The notes under the pieces are model-generated. The model ran no database searches. It saw nothing but the letters and a program-made list of their open reading frames with translations, and was not told the DNA's origin. The position numbers and the translations under genes are program-made. Shown here piece by piece: positions 27,321 through 38,800 of a stretch of DNA of 64,000 nt. Position 1 is the first letter of the stretch. Every line of letters starts with the position of its first letter. Origin of the DNA: Azolla caroliniana (lineage: Eukaryota; Plantae; Polypodiophyta); the NCBI GenBank assembly GCA_043228905.1, contig JBHGNT010000020.1, positions 3,100,001 through 3,164,000 on the forward strand, given 5' to 3'.

Positions 27321-27879
27321 GAAGCGGTAGGAAGGATCAAGACGAGGATTGACCGATACTTGGAGATGGTATCCTCAAGCAATCAAGCGGGAGAGTTCTA
27401 AAGGATGATGGTAATCGTAGAACAAATGATGAGATATCGGGACAACGATGCAAGCGTGGAGAAGGTTGTTGACCAGCAAAGTGGGACCTTTCAACTCTTA
27501 TCTTATTATGGTCCCAACCATCCGCAGGTAAAACCGGCGAGATCTTCGGCGGGAGGAAAGCCCCAGAAAGAAGTTAGAGGGCCCATACCACTTGCCTACC
27601 CTCCTAAGGCGGAACAGACACTTGGTGAATGCCAAGTAGAAAACGGGAAGGAGCCTATGCATTTGTCATGGCCGGAGTTCGAAATAGAATAACGAAAAGG
27701 CAAGCAAGTTTTACCTGACTTAACTGAAAAACTATTTTCCTCTCTGCAAACTCCAGGAGAGAGTGGACTTCAGGAAATCACAAAGTGGGTCCCCAAGGAG
27801 GAAAGGAGGAGGGAACTTGTGAGGAAGTTTCCACCCCCCTTTCGGCCTCTAGGGTTAAACAAGACCCAGATAAAGTCAA

Positions 27880-27968
27880 ATTAGAGAGCCGTGTAATGGG
27901 CGACTATTCCACACGGTTCGGAGAGCACAACTATGATCACTTCTCCTCGGCAGAAGCTTGACTCTATC
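27880..27968 (+). other. Mitochondrial group II intron domain V/VI fragment
   Basis: gagagccgtgtaatgggcgactattccacacggttcggagag fits the dV consensus, followed by ...gcttgactctat. Confidence 0.75.
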
Positions 27969-28697
27969 TTTGAGCGCGGTAGAATGAAGACGTGTAGAAG
28001 TCAAAGTCTCTGGGATTATTGAACAAACAAACAAAAGGGATGTAGTTTCGACGCGCGTGTAGGTTGAGGGCTTTCATCGTGCGTGCGTGCGTGCGTGCTA
28101 GGTTGTTAGCCAAGACTAGTTACTAGTTCGCCAATTTCTTTCTAGATCTCCATACTTCCGTACCGTCACAATCTTATGAAAAAAGGCGGCAGGTTGTTCA
28201 TCTTTCTTAGAGCACTGCTTTGCCCCTTTGTGCTGCCACTTAAAGCCTTTATGCTTCCCTCAATTAATCGATTTGTGCCACTTTACCACCTTTCAATTCA
28301 ATTTGATTCAAAAAGTCAGGTCACGTACTCTTATCTAAGCAGGCTCAACCCTTGCTTTTCGGGTCTTTGTCCACCCATACCTTGTTACATGCCTAGCCCT
28401 TACGGATGCACAGATGAATATGGGCTTACCATGTTCCATAAATGGCATCTAACCTATGCCAATTTCGGTGGACTGTGCTCTACCCCGGTGAACCCATGCG
28501 GTTTCGACGTGCCCAGAGGCCAAAGGCGAATCCGTTCATGGTCCGTCAGACTAACTAGTCGAAGATGGCCCTAGCCTTGCCTCGGTCATGCTTTACTAGG
28601 TTTATACACATTTGCTTACGCTGTCCCCTCTTTAGCTCACCCTAGCTCCCATCTTGAGGGATGTTGCCCTCCAGGCTGTAAGGCTCTGTTTCAGATT

Positions 28698-28920
28698 CAA
28701 AACTAGGGTTCAACTATGAGATTTGACTCTAGGTCACGCCTTCGGTTTGTGTTTTCCGCTTGAAACATAATATCACTCGTTGTACCGGAACGGATCCCTG
28801 AAAAGTTACTTAATCCGTTGTTAGCGTAAAAAATTGTAAACCCCTTGAAGGTCATAAAGGAAGAGGTATAAAATATTGAAATGAAATTTATACGTAGAAA
28901 ACAAGGAGAAAAGAAACAAA
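28698..28920 (+). pseudogene. rpl6: Mitochondrial rpl6 3' fragment (NUMT)
   Basis: KLGFNYEI*L*VTPSVCVFRLKHNITRCTGTDP*KVT*SVVSVKNCKPLEGHKGRGIKY*NE..RRKQG matches the plant mitochondrial RPL6 C-terminus. Confidence 0.8.
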
Positions 28921-28922
28921 TC

Positions 28923-29300
28923 GCGTCATATATTCCAGGAACCAAAACAGTTTCCAATAAATAAGTCAGACTTGCCTCAACCTAAATCTCCGAAACTAGA
29001 CCCAAAAAAGCCACTTGGGTTTGTGATTAATAAGGTCCCGACGATAACACTAAGGTTAGTAATCTGACTCGGGACTAAATTGACCAGATTAGCATAATAG
29101 TACGTTGAAACAATTTCCTAATTAATTCGGAATTAAAGAGAGAAATTTAGTAATATATCAAATGAATAATTAATATCAGCCGTTACCGTAGATTCCGTCA
29201 CAAAGCAGGATTGCCATTACGTGGTTAATGAACCTACAACAATGTTAAGATCTGTCGCAAGTCAAGAAAAATTTCAATCAATCAACAAAAGAAGAATAAT
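28923..29300 (+). pseudogene. rps13: Mitochondrial rps13 (NUMT, unedited form)
   Basis: SYIPGTKTVSNK*VRLAST*I...NSELKREI**YIK*IINISRYRRFRHKAGLPLRG**TYNNVKICRK; stops fall mostly at conserved Q/R positions. Confidence 0.9.
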
Positions 29301-29319
29301 TTGTTTTTGATTCACAAAA

Positions 29320-29814
29320 ATGAGAGAAGGAAAGACGCCAGGAAGAAAACGAAACCGAAGGAATAGAAATGAAGAATACAATTATGTAAAAGCAGCCTTC
29401 TGAACATTAGTAATAGTAGCCGCACCGCTAACAGAAATGGCGAAAACACCACTAAAAACCAAGAAAGCACCACGGTATTGCCCATACTTAACCAACTTTT
29501 AGTAATACTTTCATTATCATAATAAATTGCAAGGGAGATGAAAGAACAGGGTCCTCCTCAGGTTGTTCAAGAGGGTTTTAGGGTTTCCGTCGCTCGGACA
29601 AGTATGCAGCTTAAGCAACTGTGGAACGTGTCGCGTAAGCTGCCACTTAACCCAAAATTAGGTCAGTTGAAGTGAAAATAAAAGGAATTGGTCTTGTAAG
29701 AAAGGGATTTTCGCCGAAAAGTTCAAAAGAGGGAGGTCCTGTTACTATCAGAATTCACGACGTAATCCCAATGCTACATAATGGATGCTGACCCCTAAAA
29801 AACGTCGTGTCTAA
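29320..29814 (+). pseudogene. rps11: Mitochondrial rps11 (NUMT)
   Basis: HGIAHT*PTFSNTFI...GSSSG..GF*GFRRSDKYAA*AT...VEVKIKGIG...IHDVIPMLHNGC*P.KKRRV*. Confidence 0.88.
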
Positions 29815-30461
29815 ATACCACCATAGAGCTATTTGTCTCTACTCACCAATGTCAGAAGGTTTGGATTGGTCCTACAACCCAGCAGGTCATGGAAGGCTTG
29901 GCTCGAGCAAGGTGAAGGAATAAACCCGAATAGAGTAGCGAAGCGGGGAGATGGAATGGAAAAAGTCGACTCAAATTAGAATAATTGCAGTTTAGTTAAT
30001 ACCTTACTCGTCTATTCGTTCATCCAATTTCTCCATATGACAAATATCCATTTTTTTTTGCCAATCGATTGAAAGAGTCGGCTCTGCGAAAGGTAGTTGC
30101 ATTGCGGGGCTCACTCTGGAATTTGATCCTATGATTTAGAGCTATGTGGATGCCCTCCCTCCGTGTAGTCCCTCAACTTTCAGTTGTATATATCTATTTC
30201 TCTCTGTCTCTACATAGCTATGGATACACGGCTTTAGTGCTTCATTCACCCAGTCTATTCTGTCAAAACTTACTTTCTTTATAATGCAAACCAACACTAG
30301 GGGAAGGTCCGATCCCTCCCCTCTATATCAATGACATGGTTCACCTCATCGTGAGGTTACTTCCCTTTCCCATCTCTTTCTTGCTAGGAATTGACATGAA
30401 GTCAGGAGATTGCCCTGGGTATAAAGTGCCGAGGAAAGGGATTCGACGGAAGAGAAAGGGA

Positions 30462-30881
<420 letters not shown>

Positions 30882-31846
30882 TGATAGGGAGTGAAGAAGA
30901 GAGAGACGCTTCCCGAACGGAAAAAAAAGTTACCACTAATGGTATAATCGGGATGGATAGGCTCTTTCAAGCAAGCTTTTCCCCCTCAAAGAACCGCACG
31001 TGCATGTTTCCTCGCATATGGCTCAAGCGGGAAAGAAGAGTAACAGGTCATTGATGGGCCCACGTAGTGCTCTGCTATCACTCCGCCGCAAGTTGCGTAT
31101 TTGCTCGTTCCAATTTGCTCTCCCTAGTTGGTTTGTAATATTCTTCTCTCCTTTTCTTCTGGGGCACGCACGAAAGTCAAATTTTTTCCCTTCCCTTGTT
31201 GCAACTTCGTCGTGATTGACTCATATTCACTTAGTACCGCTCGCGGTCCCGACCACTTCTACTCCCATGTGCTCAATAGATGTGGCCCGGTAACAACGTT
31301 TCGTCATCCAGGATTCGAGTCAGCACACTGGGTCGGCAAATTGTCGCCTATCTTACCTTTGTTTGAGGGTGAGCCAAAGCTTTTCGGATCGTCTTCTGTC
31401 CACTGGACGGTATCTGATCCTACGACCAGATCTCCCGAGGGGAGCCCATTGGGTTTACCTTGTCAACATGTTGACTTTATTACAAGAAAAAGCGATCCTG
31501 TGCTATACTCCAATGATCATTTGCCGATCGGGGCACGTAACCAAACGTCATGTCCTAAATCACATCCCTACAGGGGCCTACTCAATTACACCTCATAGGT
31601 CGCTTTTACGAAGCGTCGTCGCACAATTCACTGCTGCCTGCTGTGGTTGATCAAAGAGAATAGTCTCGCTTCTCTTAGCGGGTTCTATGTTGTATTGTAT
31701 ATTCTCCGCTTCCATGCTTCACACCCTCCCCAAAAGAACGCATGGTGGGGTAAGAGCCTCCCGCCAGGCTGGGATGGCGATATAGCCCCTTTCTCATACT
31801 CTTATAGGAGGGCTATACACATTGTCTCATGTCCTTCAAGTCGCAC

Positions 31847-32820
31847 TTTGGTATAAGCAGGCTCCGAAATCACATCTTTAGAATAAAATCCGGTCAAGAA
31901 AGGGAATCCAATTAAGAATAAGTTGCCTATAAGCATCATGGCATAAGTGGAGGGTAACAGAGAAGCGAGCCCTTCCATTCTACGCATATCTTGCTCATCC
32001 GACAAGGCATGAATTACTAAACCTACGCTCGAAGGGGGTAATACTTTAAAAAAAGCATAATTCGTTAAATAAAATACGCTAACTGAATAATCAAGAATGC
32101 CACGAGCAAAGATCGTATAGCCTGATTGACTACGAATTAGATAAGCTATGACCCTCTTTAAATTATTTTACAACATTCCAGTAGTTACTGTGAAGAATAA
32201 CATCATAGCTCCCACAAAAGTAATAAAAATCAAAGCATTGAGTAAATAATCAAATAAGGGGGAGCGCCTCGCTATCATAAATACGCCTGCTATTACCGTA
32301 ATGGCTGTGTAAATCAAAGCGAATACTGGAGTGAGACCCTCCGTTACGTCAGGTAATCGAGTATGCAATCCCATTTATGCAAATTTTCCAATAGCGTCAA
32401 CAAGGGGTGAGATACGAATAACAATTGTGGCATAAAATCCCGTATTACGAGAAAGAAAATAGTGATTGGGTTCAGAGAAAACACTAGCACAAGCGAAAGT
32501 AGTAGGAGAGTCTACTACTTAAGAGGGAGTGGAACGACCAATAATCCCGAGGGCTGATCCGGAATCACCTACTCAATTGACAAGCATAGCTTTGATAGCT
32601 GCTTTATTAGCTTAAAGTCATGCGAACTGAAAATTAATCGACAAATATAAAACGGGACCTGCTCCCTCCCGTCCTGGAAGTAATTAAATGAAGTTATCTC
32701 CAATAACCAACATTAGCGTAAAAGAGGTAGAGATGGGTGAAAAACACATGAATCAGGGGCTATGCGGATCCTCGGACATATATGAAATGAGATAGAGATA
32801 AACCAAGCTACTGATGAATG
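31847..32820 (-). pseudogene. nad5: Mitochondrial nad5 internal fragment (NUMT), followed by a group II intron at the i1242 position
   Basis: FISSLV..SYMSEDPHSP*FM..., [50 protein letters not shown]|GTGCGA (intron start at 31846, running toward about 31000). Confidence 0.93.
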
Positions 32821-33464
32821 CTGGGTTTTCCGCCGGCCGTTCAGACTGACACTACTAGTTCGGTAACATAAGCATTAGAGTTTTTGGTAGTATCGGCGAA
32901 CTAGATAACCGTGGATTCAGGAATCTGGGGCTGGGGACTCATAGTATCTCTCTAGATCCGGCAAAAAAATCCAAACACCTTGCCGTGCACCAGTAGGTTG
33001 ACTACTGAGCTTACTTTGGCAAGCAAGGTTTCTTCTTTTTTCCGCATGAAAAGCCAGGGCCGCATAGCTCTCACTAAAAAGGAAAACCTAGTAGTTTCAA
33101 AATTCGGGGCCAATCATCCCCTTCTTTGACGGCGTCCTTGAAGAGTTCAGAGGCCTCACTCGTAGTGACGACATAGACCTTAGTGGTTAATACAAAGAGG
33201 GCCAATCTAGGATTGTGCTGTTCTCTACTAAGGCGACGGACATTTCCTTAACAAATCTGTACGCCACTCCACATGCAAGCTAGACTGGGCCTCACCATGG
33301 CAGAACAACGGGTACAGACCTAACTGGTAATGCTAGGGTCTAGATCTGAGAGGGCGAGCCGTACGAGTCGAAAGGCTTCTCGCACGGCTCTGTTTCATTG
33401 TACGAAGCTGTATGACAAAAGATTGCCACGTACGGTTTGGAGGGCAACAATGACTGACCCCTAT

Positions 33465-33600
33465 TTAAGTTTGGTTGCTTGGGTTGTTACACTTTTTGAT
33501 TATGGTATGGTATTGTCGGATCCAAATGTAGGTACATTCTATTTATTTGCTATATCTTCTCCAGGGGATTATGGGATTATTACAGTGGGTCGGTCTAGTA
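33465..33600 (+). pseudogene. nad1: Mitochondrial nad1 136-nt exon with flanking group II intron pieces (i258 and i394 positions)
   Basis: dV/dVI and ...CCCTAT| then [45 protein letters not shown], then |GGGCG at 33601. The length of 136 nt equals positions 259-394. Confidence 0.9.
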
Positions 33601-34601
33601 GGGCGGTCGTTCAGTCACCTGTGGTACTAAAGCAGCCAACCCGGCCCGCCCATGTGGTCAAATTGTTTGTAGTTTGGAATGATCTGCTCTATACCGGGTG
33701 TAGGGCTCTTCGACAAAACTAGTAATAGGCTTGACTCGCGATTTGAAGGGTAGGGGAGGTTCTTGTGTAGGAGGCTAAAAGGGGATAGGGATACGTTCAA
33801 AGAAGTTCAGGAAGAAAGGAAGAGCATGCCTCTTGGGGACAAGAGATTGAACGACATCCCGATTTATTGCATTCCAGGACATCTGGGATGAGAGCCGTAG
33901 GTGATACCGGCGAAACCCAGTCAGATTTTGTTCTGGCATGTAGTCAGAGGACTCATAGTACCCGCCCCGAAAGGGGCCCCTCATGCACGCATGGGGAAGA
34001 CGTTAGTTTTCAGGGAAGAGGAAAGTCTTTATTTCTTTTTCCACGTTGTTTTCTTCTAGCAGTAGGAAAGGAGTTTGGATGTCTGCCTAGCTTCGGCAAA
34101 TTCTACTCAACGCAATCTGCAAACTCGAATCCCCGAAACCTGACTCAATGCGGAATAGAATTGATCGTTGTTTGAGATATTAAGTGAAGCTATACGAATC
34201 TGTACAATCCATTTCCCTTTCCATTGACCATCGAGATCCTAAGTCTCCAAGTGGGCATATCCCTAACCTTTATTCGTCAGGGCCTTCGCTTTTCAGAGAA
34301 TCCTGCTCCCGTAGAGCTTGTAGCTCGACGACCCACCACAAGGGAACCCTATTGGGATACTCCAGTTTCAAGTGTATTGGATAGTTATAGCAGCCCGTAG
34401 GCGCAAGATGTACCTCGTGGGGCGGTCTCCCGAACATAGTCTTTTCATGCAGTGGCCGTTTCTTAGTCGAGTAGACCTAAGGGATTCTCTAAAGGAAAGG
34501 CTTCATGACAGGATGATAGATAAAGGTACAGTCCGATCCATACAGAGACATATGGCGTATAACGTTAGGCAAACACAACCTGAGGCTATTTAACATATGT
34601 G

Positions 34602-35000
34602 CTATCCCCCTCTGAGTAGTATAACCAGTCATTCCAGAGGAGCTGTTGATTTAGCCACTTCTAGTCTCTACCTATCAGGTGTTTTCTTTATTTTAGGTTT
34701 CATTAATTTGATCACCATTATCCTTAACACGCGCAAACCCGGAATGACCATGCATAGGTTATCCCTATTCGTTTGGCTCATTTCAGTAACAACATTCCTA
34801 CCTTTACCACCTCCTCTCGTACCGACGGGTGCAATTACCATGTCATCAACCGATTGAAACTCTAATATCATCTCTTCTGACCCTGCTGGAGGAGGGGACC
34901 CTATCTTATACTAGCATCCTTCTCGGCTCCGCGGTTATCTAGAGGTTCATACTTTTATTCCGTCAGGACTTGGTATCATTAGTTATATAGTCTCCACTTT
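34602..35000 (+). pseudogene. cox1: Mitochondrial cox1 fragment (NUMT), preceded by a group I intron 3' part (i395 position)
   Basis: [18 protein letters not shown]...[13 protein letters not shown]...[12 protein letters not shown]...DPAGGGDPILY*H. Upstream aaggtacagtcc resembles the group I S element, and the intron ends in G at 34601. Confidence 0.92.
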
Positions 35001-35545
35001 TCTTTTCACGCTTAGAGTATAAATAAAAAGAGTAAAATAAAGTATCACTCCAGGAAACATGAGTACAGAAAATCTTAAAAAACCATAGGTTCCCAGTTTA
35101 AAAAAAATTTCTGCCAATATTACAAATCCAGCTGTAAGTACCTCTACATGAGCTTCGGGTAACCAAATATGAATTGGTACCATAGGCACTTTTACAGAGA
35201 AAGAAGCGAAAAAGGCGAGCCATAGCAAGATTTAGCGCCATTCACTAGACTCTGTGGTTAATAATATATGCAAATCAATAGTTCCCGTTTGAAAGAAAAT
35301 CAATAAGATAGCTAAGAGCATGAAGATAGATCCAAGCAAGGTATATAAGAGAAACTAATGTGCCGCTCATATTTTTCTTTATCTAGAACCCCATACCCCT
35401 ATAATAATAAACATAAAGATTAACACGCTTTCGAAAAAAACATAAAAAAGTAAAATATCCAGCATGCGAGATGTTGGGAGACAGGTCCCTCCGGATGGGA
35501 AGGGAGAAGAACAGTGCTGATGAACAAACTCGGCCGAGGCCGAAA

Positions 35546-35775
35546 CCGGATGAGGAGTACCCGGCTACGGAGAACCGGATGGTGCAGACCCGGTGAGAAC
35601 CGGATGAGGAGTACCCGGCTACGGAGAACCGGATGGTGCAGACCCGGTGAGAACCGGATGAGGAGTACCCGGCTACGGAGAGCCGGATGGTGCAGACCCG
35701 GTGAGAACCGGATGAGGAGTACCCGGCTACGGAGAGCCGGATGGTGCAGACCTGGTGAGAAGTGCTCACCGGATG
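35546..35775. repeat. 54-bp tandem repeat, 4 copies, within LTR
   Basis: ccggatgaggagtacccggctacggaga(a/g)ccggatggtgcagacccggtgagaa at 35546, 35600, 35654 and 35708. Confidence 0.95.
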
Positions 35776-35813
35776 AAGAGACATATTCGTAAATATGTTT
35801 TCTGAGAGTCCAT

Positions 35814-38800
35814 TGTTGAGAGAGAAGCTCAACATCGGCCGGATCGGCTGAAGAAGCCGAGGACCGGATCGGTTGGGACCGATTGGTTAGATCGATAGGA
35901 AAGATATTCCGTGAGGACTATATTTGGGAGTTAGTGTAGGAGCTCTTAATGAGCATTAAAGTATTGTCAGTACTTCGGTTAGTCCTTCCAGGACTTGTAT
36001 AAAAGTGCTCTCTGAGCACGTCTTATGTACATAGAGATTGAGTATTACTGTCAAATATAGTTTTTTGTGTTTCTCTCTCTGTCTCTCCCGCGTATACCGT
36101 GTAAGCCTAAGCTCTCCATTGAACCTGAGTTTCCTTCCTCTGTTCTGTCTTCATACCTACTTCCGCACGCTACTTTCTACATGGTATTAGAGCGCGAGGG
36201 TTGAGAACCTCTCTGCAGCCGACACAGCTTGACGAAGAAGAACAAGAAGAACGATGGATAGAGGCATGGCGAGCTCGCTTCCAACAGAGAAGCTCGACAG
36301 AACCAACTACGCGTCTTGGTCCTACAAGATGCACCAGTACTTGCTCGGGCATGGCTACTGGAGTTATGTCGAAGGAGCTAATGACGCGGCACCCGAATCG
36401 ACACACAGAGACTTCCCGTCGTGGGAGCAATCAGCGAGCAGGGTACTATACCGCTTCACGTCGTATGTGGGCGAACAGCTATTGAGCTATGTTTGGGATG
36501 CAAAGACGCCGAAGGGTGCGTGGGAAAATATGAAGAAGATTTTCGCCGCAAGCACCACAGCTAGGAAGCTTCAACTCCGACAGGAGTTGAGCAACCTACG
36601 ACAACGCGACTTGTCGGTGGCGGACTATACCTCGAAGATCAAGGATATCGGCGACTCCCTCGCCTCCATAGAGGTAAACATCGAGGAGGGCGAGATGGTC
36701 CAGATCTGTCTCGGAGGTTTGGCGTCGAAGTTCGAAGCGTTCCGAACGGCTGTGTGTACTCGGGAGAATACGCCGTCCTTTTTCGACTTACAGTCGATGC
36801 TCCTGGTAGAGGAGAACCACGCGGGTGCGTCTACAAGCACGCACACCAACAACAGAATGCTGTATACGGAGGGATATAGGCCCCATGGACGTGGAGGACG
36901 AGGCGAGTCGGCACGCAATGGAGGCGGCCAACGAGATCAAGAAAGAAGGCACCGAAGTGATGCCGACAGCAACTCTGGACCCTCCGGAAACAGGGGGAGT
37001 CGAAGCGATGAGAACCGGCAAGGGAAGTCCATCGCGGAGTGCTGGTACTGTGGCAAGAAAGGCCACAAGGAAAGCGAGTGCTGGAAGAAGCGCGCCGATT
37101 CGGAGAGAACTGGTTCCAGGAATGGCTCCAAACATACCGACAAGGGAAATCGGCAGTGATGGCACTACGCTGAAGACTTCGGGAGAGCTGGAGAAGGGTC
37201 TGTCTTCGTGACGAAACACGAAGCAAACTCAATGAAACAGAGCACCCCGAGATCAGACGAGGTGTGGTACGTGGACTCCGGCGCGTCAAACCACATGACG
37301 AGCCATAAGGAGTGGTTCTCGTACCTTGAAAAACCGATACAACCGGGAGTAGTCGCAACAGGAGACGACACTCCGCATCCGATCGCTAATGTCGGAGAAG
37401 TTCCCCTTAGCCATGTCGGGCAGAAAGGGAAACTCAAGAACGTGCTGCACGTTCCGACAATCATGAAGAACTTGGTCTCGGTCGGACAGATCGTCGACCA
37501 AGGGATGGAGGTTTGGTTTACACACCTCGGGTGCTTCATTGAGGAAGAAGGTCGTGTCATTGCGCATGGGCGCAGAGACGGGAGGATGTTCATCCTCGAT
37601 TCTCTTGACGGCGGCTCCGCAATGTTCGCAAAGGGACAAAAGACCGAGTCGGACATCGACTTGTGGCACAAGCGGATAGGCCACGTCAACTACCAGCGGC
37701 TTCAAGATCTGCAATCGAAACAGGTAGTGTTCGGATTGCCCAAGTTTAGTGGCCGAAAGGCACAAATTTGTGAAGCCTGCCAGTTCGGGAAGCAACACCG
37801 ACTTCCTTTCCCCAACGAGCGAAATCGGAGCCGGAACAAGCTCGACCTTTATACACTCTGATGTATGGGGGCCGACACAAAACGTTAGTCTTGGCGGGAG
37901 CCGATATTTTGTCTCCTTCATAGACGACCACACGCGGCACACGTGGATCTACCTCATTGAGAGGAAGAGCGAAGTCTTCGACTGTTTCCGGGACCTCAAA
38001 GGGTTCGTGGAAGCTGAAACGGGACGAAAGATCAAGTGCTTGCGGTCGGATGGCAGGAAAGAGTACTTTTCCGGCCAATTCAACGATTATCTACAACAAA
38101 TGGGAATTCGGCGCGAATTCAGTTGTAGATACACGCAAGAGCAGAACGGCGTGGCCGAGAGGAAGAATCGGTCGATTGTGGAAGCAGCACGGGCAATGCT
38201 GGAGGAGAAGAGCTTGCCCAAGTTCTACTGGGCCGAGGCGGTAAGGACCGCGGTATACATCCAGAACCGGATCGGAGATAAAGTGTCGGCGCACGAGCGA
38301 TATTTCGGAACGAAGCCGAACTTGCGACACTTGAGGGTGTTCGGTAGCATTGCGTATGTGCATGTACCGAACGAGAAAAGGAGGAAGCTGGACGCAAAGG
38401 CTGAGAAGTGCATCTTGGTCGGTTACTCGGACGAGCAGAAGGGTTATAAGTGCTATAACCCTCACACCAAACATGCGCATGTCAGCCGCGATGTTGTGTT
38501 TGACGAGTCCGCGTCCTGGTACCTGCCCCCGACTACGAACCTTGACTCCCATTCGAGCTCTGATGATAAGGTCAGCGAGGCCGAGATGCCTCTAGATGTG
38601 CCCGAAATCGAGACCCGCGAAGAGAGTCCGATTTCACTCCGGTTAAGTGGACCAATTGGACGACTGAGTCAGTACGACCAATCCGATGAAGAGCTGGGGA
38701 GTAGTGGAGACTTGGCCGTGCATTCCCCGCGCAGGAAGCCGAGGAGACGGCTTACGCGTAAAGAGAAAGGGAAGAAGAAGGTGTCGGATTCCGGCACGGA

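Noticed and set aside
29849-29860. ATGTCAGAAGGT as the atp9 start (MLEG after editing) downstream of rps11
   Set aside because: Plausible from gene order, but only four codons before similarity ends; too short to call.
35546-35775. Regular repeats resembling a CRISPR array (also 54823-55097)
   Set aside because: Units are contiguous with no unique spacers, lie inside an LTR, and no cas genes are present.
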